Positions 47,664 to 56,112 of a stretch of DNA of 64,000 nt are shown here, piece after piece. A program made the position numbers and the translations under genes. Below the pieces are notes generated by a model. That model was not told the DNA's origin. It searched no databases and worked only from the letters and a program-made list of their open reading frames with translations. This DNA comes from an uncultured Candidatus Babeliaceae bacterium. Its GTDB lineage: Bacteria; Babelota; Babeliae; Babelales; Babelaceae. Within the stretch, counting starts at the first letter, position 1, and every line of letters begins with the position of its first letter. Location of the stretch: the NCBI GenBank assembly GCA_963704655.1, contig OY969927.1, forward strand, positions 992,001-1,056,000. The letters run 5' to 3'.

Positions 47664-48707
47664 CTACTTTTTCTTGATGAAAAACAGCATATACTTGCCA
47701 TATAATGTTGCGCACCATGCAACGAGCAACAGAAGTAAGACGGCTATTGTTGCAAATAAAGATAGTTGTCCGAAATTAAAAAGCAAAGAAATCATGATAA
47801 GTACAACATTAAATAAAGATACAAAGAACAACACCCCGTTTTTTTTCCAACCTTGAGCCAAAAGGTAGTGAGCAAAATGATCTGGTGAACCTAAATAAAA
47901 TGGTATCTTTTTATACGTTCTTATAATTATCAAACTTGCAACTTCTACAAGTGGCACACCAAGAATAATAACTGGAGTTAAAAAGCCAAAGATGGTGTAG
48001 GTGCCCCAGGGAACCATAAATGGGATAGTAGCCAATAGCCCCCCAATAAATAAGGAACCTGCATCACCAAGATAAATTTTTGCAGGGGTCTTATTAAAAT
48101 AAAGAAAACCTGCGAGGGCTCCAATGCATATAACAATAAGAAGAGAGACTGAATAGAGCCCATACAAGCAAGAAAAAATAAAAAAACCAATGAGTGAGCC
48201 TAAAGCTACGGTACTTGCAAGGCCATCCATAATATCCACCAAATTAAGTGCATTAATAACGGTAAGTATCCAAAAGAAAGAGACCCACATTAAAAAATAT
48301 GGAAGGAAGGAATAAGAAAAGGAGTCAAGAAATTCTTGCTTAAGTGAAAAACCGCCCTTTAAAAAGCAAAGAGCAGCTATAACCTGCCCCAAAAATTTAT
48401 AAAAAACACTTAATGGCATCAAGTCATCCACAAGCCCAACAAGCAATAAAAGTGTTGAACCAATAAGAAAGAGACTTAAATTCCAATCAACAGGAAAAAA
48501 AAGTGCAAGGACAATAATAAAAGAAGAATATACAGCAAGACCACCAAGATACGGTGTTGGCAATTTATGATTTTTTAATGAAGTGGGTTGATCAAGTATA
48601 CCCCGAGCAAAAGCAATTTGAATAAAAAGAGGAGTAGTAAAAAGGCTTACTAAAACTGCGCATACACATGCTATGATAAGCGTTATACAATGGAGCAAAC
48701 CTATCAT
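47664..48707 (-). CDS. wecA: MraY/WecA-family undecaprenyl-phosphate GlcNAc-1-phosphate transferase
   Basis: H..PTPYLGG, GLVDD, NALNLVDIMDGLA, IYLGDAGS, DHFAH; multi-TM. Confidence 0.85.
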   Translation of the reverse strand: MIGLLHCITLIIACVCAVLVSLFTTPLFIQIAFARGILDQPTSLKNHKLPTPYLGGLAVYSSFIIVLALFFPVDWNLSLFLIGSTLLLLVGLVDDLMPLSVFYKFLGQVIAALCFLKGGFSLKQEFLDSFSYSFLPYFLMWVSFFWILTVINALNLVDIMDGLASTVALGSLIGFFIFSCLYGLYSVSLLIVICIGALAGFLYFNKTPAKIYLGDAGSLFIGGLLATIPFMVPWGTYTIFGFLTPVIILGVPLVEVASLIIIRTYKKIPFYLGSPDHFAHYLLAQGWKKNGVLFFVSLFNVVLIMISLLFNFGQLSLFATIAVLLLLLVAWCATLYGKYMLFFIKKK

Positions 48708-48733
48708 ATACTACTTCCTCTTTTTTTATAATT

Positions 48734-50680
48734 TTATTCAGGAACCTCAACAAAACACTCAACGCGATCGTCAACAATCCAATCAGAAAAATTATCAACC
48801 ATAAAAGCACATTCAAAACCAGTTTGAACTTCTTTTACCGTCTTTTTATCCCGTTGTAAACTCTTCAAAGCGCCTTCGCCTACTTTATATTTACCACGAT
48901 ATACGACAACTTTTCCACCTTCTTTAATAAAACGACCAGATTTAACTTGAGCACCTGCAACAATGCCGATCCCTTTAATATCAAATACCTTAAGAACAAC
49001 CGCTTCACCAACTTTCTTGAGCACTTTTTTAACTGGCTTACCTTGTTCTGCAAGCAATTCTAAATCTTCTAACAATTTATAAATAATATCGTGCGTCTTG
49101 ATAATAACGCCCAATTTTTGTGCTTCAAGGGCTGCTACTCTATCTACTTTTACACTAAAAGCGTAAATAATTGCATGCGTTTCATGCGCAAGCTCTACAT
49201 CGTTCTCTGTAACCATTCCGATTCCAGCAGATACAACATGTAAAGGCTTAAAGCTTTTTTTAGATAATTTTGCAATCTCTCCCATAACCGCTTCTTTTGA
49301 AGACATGTTATCTGAGCGAATAATAATAGCAACACCTTCAGATGAAACGTGCATAGTAGCCAATGACGCCTCGCGTTCAACGGGCTTATTTTTTTCTGTT
49401 TTATACTGTTCAGCTGTTACCACTTCTAAAAGCGAACCTACTTCAGGAAGTTCGTCAAAGCCTGCAACTAAAACAGGCCTCGCTGGCAAAACTTCTTTTA
49501 CTTGAACGCCCTGAGCATTGGTCAATGAAGTTACCTTGCCCTGAATTGAACCACAAGTAAAATAATCACCAACTTTAAGAGTTCCCTGATGGGTAATTAC
49601 GGTAGCAACAACTCCGCGACCCTTTTCCATTTTTGATTCAAGGACGAATCCTTTTGAGGGAGCTTTTTTATCGGTAAGAAGATCCATAAGTTGCGATTGA
49701 AGATGAATTACTTCAAGAAGATTTGAAACCCCAGTACCAAGTTTAGCTGAAACCGGAACACAAACAATCTGCCCACCCCAATCCTCTGGTAATAAATCAT
49801 GCTGAGCAAGACCACGCTTTGTAGCTTCTATCTGTGCTGGAGTCGCTTTATCAATCTTATTAAGAGCAACAATAACGGTAATGCCGGCTGCCTTTATTCT
49901 TTTAATAGATTCAACTGTTTGAGGCATAACTCCGTCATCAGCTGCTACAACAAGAATAGCGATATCTGCAACTTTAAGCCCGCGCACACGAATAAGAGAA
50001 AAAGCTTCGTGTCCAGGAGTATCCAAAAACACAATAGGATCATTATCAACGATTACTTCGTAAGCACCAAGATGCTGGGTGATACCACCCTTTTCTTTTT
50101 CTGCTACACGCGTCTTACGAATATAATCCAATAGGGTTGTTTTGCCATGATCTACATGCCCAACAATTACCACAATAGGAGCCCGCTTTTCAGTACCCTT
50201 TGCTGCTGCAATAGAGCGTTCAGCGTCAGATGGTTGTGTCGCGATAGGCTCACTAAAAGGAAAATTAAAATGTGTCGCTAAGTCTTCAACAAGTTTTTCA
50301 GACAAAACATAATTTTTTGGTGCCGCAACACCTTTCTTAAGAAGATAAACGATAACATCATTAACAGACGCATCGGTTATATCGCAAAACTGAGCAACGG
50401 TCATTGAAGTACGAAAAAGTTCTTTTTTAACAGGAGTTTCGACTTCTTTTTTTGTAATATTTTTTTTAAAGTCAAAAGAACGTTGAGTGGATCTTTGATT
50501 GCTAGGATTTTTAATAGCAGCTTCCTTTGGAATATTTTGTTTATTTAAAAAGTTTATCATCTCATCTGTCAATACCGTCATATGGTTTGATACGTTAAAG
50601 CCATTTTCTTGGAGCAAAGCAATAATGTCTTTACTCGAAATACCGCTTTTTTTTGAAAACTCATATACACGAATTGCCAT
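48734..50680 (-). CDS. infB: Translation initiation factor IF-2
   Basis: GHVDHGKTTLLD, GGITQHLGAY, DTPGHEAF, NKID. Confidence 0.98.
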   Translation of the reverse strand: MAIRVYEFSKKSGISSKDIIALLQENGFNVSNHMTVLTDEMINFLNKQNIPKEAAIKNPSNQRSTQRSFDFKKNITKKEVETPVKKELFRTSMTVAQFCDITDASVNDVIVYLLKKGVAAPKNYVLSEKLVEDLATHFNFPFSEPIATQPSDAERSIAAAKGTEKRAPIVVIVGHVDHGKTTLLDYIRKTRVAEKEKGGITQHLGAYEVIVDNDPIVFLDTPGHEAFSLIRVRGLKVADIAILVVAADDGVMPQTVESIKRIKAAGITVIVALNKIDKATPAQIEATKRGLAQHDLLPEDWGGQIVCVPVSAKLGTGVSNLLEVIHLQSQLMDLLTDKKAPSKGFVLESKMEKGRGVVATVITHQGTLKVGDYFTCGSIQGKVTSLTNAQGVQVKEVLPARPVLVAGFDELPEVGSLLEVVTAEQYKTEKNKPVEREASLATMHVSSEGVAIIIRSDNMSSKEAVMGEIAKLSKKSFKPLHVVSAGIGMVTENDVELAHETHAIIYAFSVKVDRVAALEAQKLGVIIKTHDIIYKLLEDLELLAEQGKPVKKVLKKVGEAVVLKVFDIKGIGIVAGAQVKSGRFIKEGGKVVVYRGKYKVGEGALKSLQRDKKTVKEVQTGFECAFMVDNFSDWIVDDRVECFVEVPE

Positions 50681-50696
50681 CAGAGACCGCCCACTC

Positions 50697-51758
50697 TTAT
50701 TCTATATTTTCTTCTGTAGATTCTTCTATTCTTGGAAGCTCAATTGGTTCATTTTTAACCAAATGAATATTTACACCAGTGAGTTGTGCCGCAAGGGATA
50801 TGTTTTGACCCATTTTACCAATAGCAAAAGATCGCTGATCTTCGTCAACCCATACATTTGCATTAGTATCATCTATCATCTGCACCCTGTTAATCTCGGC
50901 AGGCTTAAGAGCATCGCGGATAAAGGTCTCAATTTCAGATGAATATTCAATAATATCTATCTTTTCATTACCCAATTCACGCAATATAGGCTTAATACGA
51001 GCGCCACCAACGCCTACACAAGTACCAACTGGATCGATATTTTTATCATGCGATACAACTGCAACTTTAGACTTGTACCCAGGGGCACGAACTGCTTTTT
51101 TAATCTCAACAAGCTTTTCAAAAACTTCAGGGATCTCAAGCTCAAAAAGTTTAGATAGAAATTGGACAGAACCTCTGTCTAAGATCAATTGGTTTTCGTG
51201 ACGCGGTTCAGCCAAAACTTCTTTCAATAAAGCACGGATGGAATAACCGATTGATAATTTTTCATCGGGAATCATAAGTGATTTTGGCAGAAAAGCAAAG
51301 GTGTCGCCTAGCTTAACAATAGAGCCACTATGTTCATTTTTATACACAACTCCGTATACAATAGCACCTTCTTTGGGCTTAAATTCATTGTAAATCGTAA
51401 GGGCCTCAATAGAGCGTATTTTCTGGGCAATGATTTGCTTAGCCTTTAAAATCTCAATACGACCAATTTTTTCCGTGAAAGGAACACTAATGGTTTCATC
51501 AATGGCAATATCATCTTTAAGGGCTCGAGCCTTACGAATGCTAATTTGAGTATCTTCATCCTGAACAGTTGAAACAACTGTTTTTTTAATGAATGCTTCG
51601 ATCTCATCAGTTTTTTTATTATATTCTACCGAGATATCTAAGTCCGGATATTTTTTTTTATAAGCAGCTAAGATCCCTTCACACATAATTCCACTAAGAA
51701 CTGTGCGGTCAAGACCTTTTTCTGATACGAGTTCATCTATTACAAGCGAGAGTTTCAC
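50697..51758 (-). CDS. nusA: Transcription termination/antitermination factor NusA
   Basis: LFELEIPEV, RAPGYKSKVAV, DPVGTCVG, AIGKMGQN; directly upstream of infB. Confidence 0.97.
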   Translation of the reverse strand: MKLSLVIDELVSEKGLDRTVLSGIMCEGILAAYKKKYPDLDISVEYNKKTDEIEAFIKKTVVSTVQDEDTQISIRKARALKDDIAIDETISVPFTEKIGRIEILKAKQIIAQKIRSIEALTIYNEFKPKEGAIVYGVVYKNEHSGSIVKLGDTFAFLPKSLMIPDEKLSIGYSIRALLKEVLAEPRHENQLILDRGSVQFLSKLFELEIPEVFEKLVEIKKAVRAPGYKSKVAVVSHDKNIDPVGTCVGVGGARIKPILRELGNEKIDIIEYSSEIETFIRDALKPAEINRVQMIDDTNANVWVDEDQRSFAIGKMGQNISLAAQLTGVNIHLVKNEPIELPRIEESTEENIE

Positions 51759-51889
51759 GAGTTCCCTTAAATCCCAAAATTGTGAATTGAGCGAAAATTG
51801 TATTCAAAGAGTACCATAATTTTTTTGTTCTGAAAAGGTATGGCTCTAAATTTCTCTATTCCCCATAAAACATTTCTATTTGTGTATGT

Positions 51890-52190
51890 GCCTATTATTA
51901 TATATATAAATATATTATTAAATATAATAGTAACTGAGCGAGTTTTTGTGGATAACTTTCTGGGCTGATTGATCTGATCAGCATTTTAAAGGGTTTTGGT
52001 ATGTGGATAACTTGTGGATAACTTGTGGATAACCTTGAGAGTAATCACTGGATCGGCATTTCCAATGCATAAGTGCACCAATATGTTTTATGGATCGATA
52101 TATTAAAGAAACCTATTCTTGCCTCTAGGAAAAGTTATCCACATGTAAAAGTGAGTTATCCACAAGTTATCCACAAGTTATCCACATTTT
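51890..52190. promoter_or_regulatory. Probable chromosomal replication origin (oriC)
   Basis: TGTGGATAA at 51947, 52002, 52013, 52024; TTATCCACA at 52135, 52156, 52167, 52178; adjacent AT-rich tract 51893-51933; about 760-bp gene-free gap. Confidence 0.9.
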
Positions 52191-52467
52191 GAGTTTTATA
52201 AAAAAAATATTTGTTGCAATTAGAAATAAGGGCTTGTAATTATTTAATAGAAATTTTTATATTTAGTTTTTTGAGTAATTATTAAGCTTGGTAATATCCT
52301 CTGGTAGATCATTTTGATAACTTTTCGACCTCAACGTAAATGATGCATGATGCGTAGGCTGCAGTATGGTGTTGCGCATGTGTTGCTTTGTTGCATTTTG
52401 TGTACTATTTTTTTGAATTTTTAATACAAAAGCTTGTTTTTATAGGTGTTTGTTTGTTGCATAAAGT

Positions 52468-52496
52468 AAAAGGGCCATAGATATCTCTATGGCCCT
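52468..52496 (-). terminator. Intrinsic terminator
   Basis: AAAAGGGCCATAGA...TCTATGGCCCT. Confidence 0.8.
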
Positions 52497-52519
52497 AAGT
52501 TTAGATCAATAAATTCTTT

Positions 52520-53905
52520 TTAAGAAGCTAGGTATAAACTAATCATGGCAAACCAGAGGTTGTTTTTGGCAAATGTTGTGTGTTGAAACGATGAATGGAC
52601 GCGTATTTCGGGAACATAGATAGATATTCCGCCTGATTGTGAAAGGTTTTTGCCTGCGCAGTGACCGACTACACATTCAGAAAGCTGTAAGAGTGCAAGG
52701 TTTATTTTGTTGCGCAAATGGTTTTTTATTTTATTTTCCTGATCTGTATTGGTTAGTTGTATTGAGGTTATATTTTTTAAGAAATTTGTTAATAAGTGTT
52801 TGAGGTCCTTGTAGGTTATTTCATCGAAGCTTGTGCAGTTGTTTCGCCAACTTGATTGTCTTATGAATTCCTTAACAGAACTATTTTTTTGGTTTTTTAA
52901 AGCGTCTATCAGGAGTTGAGCTATATCATTGATTGATTGATAAAGAGGGTCGAGGTTTTGAAGATCTATGCCAGATAGTGTGTAGTCCGGAGTTAGTTTT
53001 TGATAGGTGTTTTCAAACACTTTTACGGTATGTTTAATAAAGTCTTTAAGATCAGGTTCTTCTTGATTAAAGAAATTAAGCACTTGGTCATATCTAAATC
53101 CTGTTGCAAGAACAACTTCTTCAGAGGCGATTAAGTAATTTGCCCATTGCTTAATCTCGCGTATAAAGCCAATACCTGCCATAAGACATGCATCGCAAAA
53201 AATTAGATCTATTTTTTTGCCATTCCGCATAGTGTTACAAATTTTCTCTAAGGCGCTGCCTATATTTTGATTTTTTAGGTAGTTGCGGGTTGAGTCATCA
53301 AAGCAAATGCCTCGATCATCACCGGTGCAAAAGTTTTCAAGATAATCAAGAAAGCTTATTGATCTATTAAGAACAATTTTTTGTTCATCTGGATCAAACT
53401 CAAAGAGATTTGTAGGGTTGAATATCTTGCTTGTTGTGGGATTAAGGTCGCCTGTCCCATGGTTCCAAAGTCCCAATACGACTTTTTTTGCTGGGCAAAA
53501 TCGCATAGCTTCGGCATAGGTATATATAAGCGTCTCTTCTTTACCACTATCCATTTCACCCTGCCACGCTATACATAGTTCTTTTTGATAGGCAATAAGA
53601 TGGAAGGTCATTTTCTTTTGTCCTGGATTATGTACATCTAGATGTATAAAGAGATTAAAGTTTTCTGTTGCATTGGTTGCGCGTAGTAGATATTTAATTT
53701 CTTCAAGATTTCTGTACACAAATGTTCGCAGATCATTATCTGCTGCCATGTATAAAATTATGGTGATAGGCTTTTCTTGGGGGGTATAATCTGCTGGCAA
53801 GAGACTAAAATTATTATTGTAAGCTATCTTAGAGAGGCTTGTGGTGTGAGTTGCTATTGAAAAAAAGGCGATTATGAGTAAGTTTACTCTTAAAAAAAAA
53901 TTCAT
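52520..53905 (-). CDS. Clostripain-family (C11) cysteine peptidase, secreted
   Basis: YMAADNDL, WNHGTG (catalytic His), DACLM (catalytic Cys), ASEE, GISIYVP. Confidence 0.9.
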   Translation of the reverse strand: MNFFLRVNLLIIAFFSIATHTTSLSKIAYNNNFSLLPADYTPQEKPITIILYMAADNDLRTFVYRNLEEIKYLLRATNATENFNLFIHLDVHNPGQKKMTFHLIAYQKELCIAWQGEMDSGKEETLIYTYAEAMRFCPAKKVVLGLWNHGTGDLNPTTSKIFNPTNLFEFDPDEQKIVLNRSISFLDYLENFCTGDDRGICFDDSTRNYLKNQNIGSALEKICNTMRNGKKIDLIFCDACLMAGIGFIREIKQWANYLIASEEVVLATGFRYDQVLNFFNQEEPDLKDFIKHTVKVFENTYQKLTPDYTLSGIDLQNLDPLYQSINDIAQLLIDALKNQKNSSVKEFIRQSSWRNNCTSFDEITYKDLKHLLTNFLKNITSIQLTNTDQENKIKNHLRNKINLALLQLSECVVGHCAGKNLSQSGGISIYVPEIRVHSSFQHTTFAKNNLWFAMISLYLAS

Positions 53906-53977
53906 ACTGTCCCCTTGCTAAGTAGAAACTTAGTTTTTTAGAAAAATTCCCTGCTTTTACGTTAACAAGAAAAGGCT

Positions 53978-55078
53978 TTAAAAATCAAGCGATGAGAGTA
54001 TGCAAAGTCCCCATGTGAGTAAAAAAGTGAGTTGGAAATCTAAAAATAGTGCAAGAAATGGGTTGTATATAATGGTTATTAAAAAAGTTAATGTTAGTAG
54101 GTGTAAGGCGTTTAAGGGGACACGGGTTATAAGGCACCAAAGAGCTAATAGCGCAGTTATAAAAGCCCTTAAAAATGAAGTACTTGTATAGGAAAATAAA
54201 CTATAAATAAGTAAAAATAAAAATGTTAATGCGTTTAAGTAACCAAATGGCACGAGGCACAATCGACCAATAAGAACTATTAAAAAGAGTATAAGTGTTA
54301 CATGCAGTCCTGATCGCGCAAGAAAGTGATTAATACCCCATCTGTTAAAATTATCTTTTATTGTTGCATCTTCGGACTCAGAATATTTTTTTGACCCAAG
54401 AAACAGTGAGCTAAAAAGAGTAGCGGATATTTTTGATAATTTATCTGATACTTTTTTCTCAAGCTGTGAAATTCTTTTTTTAATGCGACCAGCTATTGTT
54501 TCTTTGTGGTCTTTAATGGTTGTTGCCAACCTGGTACAGTATGTTGTTCCGTGTATATTTTCTTTAAGTAAGTACTTTTTGTATGTCGGGTTGTTAGGAT
54601 CTTTAAATATTAAACTTTTAAATTCAACTACATCTCCTGTATCTGCAGGAGGTAACTCTTTTGAGAATATTTGAATACGGGCGTTTTTGTTAGATTCTTT
54701 TAACGTTACTGATCCAGTAATTTTGTAATTATTTTTATGTTCATTGTGCTGTATATCTTCAATGGAGACTAAGAGTGTTGTGTGATGCCCAAAAAGTTCA
54801 TTTTGTATGTTTTTATAAGTATGTTCAAGGACAATGCAATAAATAGCCATAGAAAAAAATATAACAGGGCTCATAAAGCGGGTAACTTTATCAAGGGCGG
54901 TTATAATAGGGACAAGCAAAAAAATAGAGCTTTGTGTGTGCCACCAATATATTGCTGCAAGCATATTGAGCGCTATTATTGTTATAATATATGTTGGAAA
55001 ATAACGGTTATTACGGTTGGGTAACGTTAAGAAGGTTGAGAATATCTTGTGCGTGGGTAGTGACGTTAACATTATCAA
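53978..55078 (-). CDS. comEC: ComEC/Rec2-family competence protein (short form)
   Basis: FLG...F...GINHFLARSGLH, SFLRA, NP...DFQLTF; true start uncertain (overlaps bcp; alternative ATG 54964). Confidence 0.8.
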   Translation of the reverse strand: MIMLTSLPTHKIFSTFLTLPNRNNRYFPTYIITIIALNMLAAIYWWHTQSSIFLLVPIITALDKVTRFMSPVIFFSMAIYCIVLEHTYKNIQNELFGHHTTLLVSIEDIQHNEHKNNYKITGSVTLKESNKNARIQIFSKELPPADTGDVVEFKSLIFKDPNNPTYKKYLLKENIHGTTYCTRLATTIKDHKETIAGRIKKRISQLEKKVSDKLSKISATLFSSLFLGSKKYSESEDATIKDNFNRWGINHFLARSGLHVTLILFLIVLIGRLCLVPFGYLNALTFLFLLIYSLFSYTSTSFLRAFITALLALWCLITRVPLNALHLLTLTFLITIIYNPFLALFLDFQLTFLLTWGLCILSSLDF

Positions 55079-55469
55079 GTAGGTGAGTTAAAATTCCTTG
55101 TTCATTTATCAAAAACGTCATTCGTTCTGGATAAAGAATATTTAAAATCGATTTATAGGCTCCATACTCATGCGCTACTTTTTTTTCACTATCGCTTAAT
55201 AGTATAAATGGTAACTTATACTTTTCTTTAAACGCCTTAAGTGTTTGTGGCGAGTCATAACTTATGCCAATTACGGCAATATTATTGTCACCATAGAGAG
55301 AATTTGAATCCCTGAATGAGCAGGCCTCTTTGGTGCAACCAGGTGTATCAGATTTGGGGAAGAAGTATAAAACAACCTTCTTGCCTTTAAAGTCGGACAA
55401 TGTTCTGACCAAACCTTCTGAATCTTGCAAAGAAAACTCAGGCGCCGGCATATTAATTTTTGCTACCAT
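55011..55469 (-). CDS. bcp: Peroxiredoxin Bcp/PrxQ
   Basis: APEFSL, YFFPKSDTPGCTKEACSFRD. Confidence 0.93.
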   Translation of the reverse strand: MVAKINMPAPEFSLQDSEGLVRTLSDFKGKKVVLYFFPKSDTPGCTKEACSFRDSNSLYGDNNIAVIGISYDSPQTLKAFKEKYKLPFILLSDSEKKVAHEYGAYKSILNILYPERMTFLINEQGILTHLLDNVNVTTHAQDILNLLNVTQP

Positions 55470-55471
55470 AA

Positions 55472-55930
55472 TTATAAGTATACACCAATTGGGTGCTTTT
55501 CAAAAGTTTTGTCATCTATACCATACTCTTTAAGTAAGATTTTTAACTCATGGATTTGTTCATTAAGCTTTTGTATCTGCTCTAAATCTGAAGGATCTAT
55601 AAGTTTCATAAGGGCTTGAACATTAAATGAAATTTGATGAACCAACCGCATAATTTGGCATTTGGCGGTGGTACACTCATTTGGGTTGAGTGTTTTTGGC
55701 ATCGTTTGAGCGCCATGAGTTTCAATTGCTCTGATTTTTGCATGACAGTCCATAATTTTATTAAAATGTCCCTTTGTATCTGCTGACTGAATAATACAAA
55801 GCTTTTCATGATGAGCATCATGAAGTTTTCTTTGTAAATCATGTGCTGACGGCACATCTCGGGCCTCAGCAAAAAAAGTAGCACTACCGCCTAAAACTAT
55901 GTAAATATAAAGATTTTTTTTCATTGTCAT
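55472..55930 (-). CDS. Hypothetical secreted protein
   Basis: AGGTG RBS; signal-like N-terminus. Confidence 0.65.
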   Translation of the reverse strand: MTMKKNLYIYIVLGGSATFFAEARDVPSAHDLQRKLHDAHHEKLCIIQSADTKGHFNKIMDCHAKIRAIETHGAQTMPKTLNPNECTTAKCQIMRLVHQISFNVQALMKLIDPSDLEQIQKLNEQIHELKILLKEYGIDDKTFEKHPIGVYL

Positions 55931-56112
55931 TGTAACACCTACTTATATTAATTATCTTTACTTACAGTATATTTAATTCATAATAGAAAATACAAGATTT
56001 TTTTATTATATCTTTTATTTTCTTATTTTCTTGCGCTTTTTCGTGCAATTAACTAAGCTGACAAGATCAAAAAAATCTTAAAAAATAGCTGCTTTACCTA
56101 AGGGTAATTTTT

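Noticed and set aside
48592-48816. 74-aa hydrophobic ORF bridging infB and wecA
   Set aside because: Overlaps both genes out of frame; probably spurious
52002-52186. CRISPR array or plasmid iterons
   Set aside because: Repeats are 11-bp units containing DnaA boxes, with no spacers, cas or rep genes
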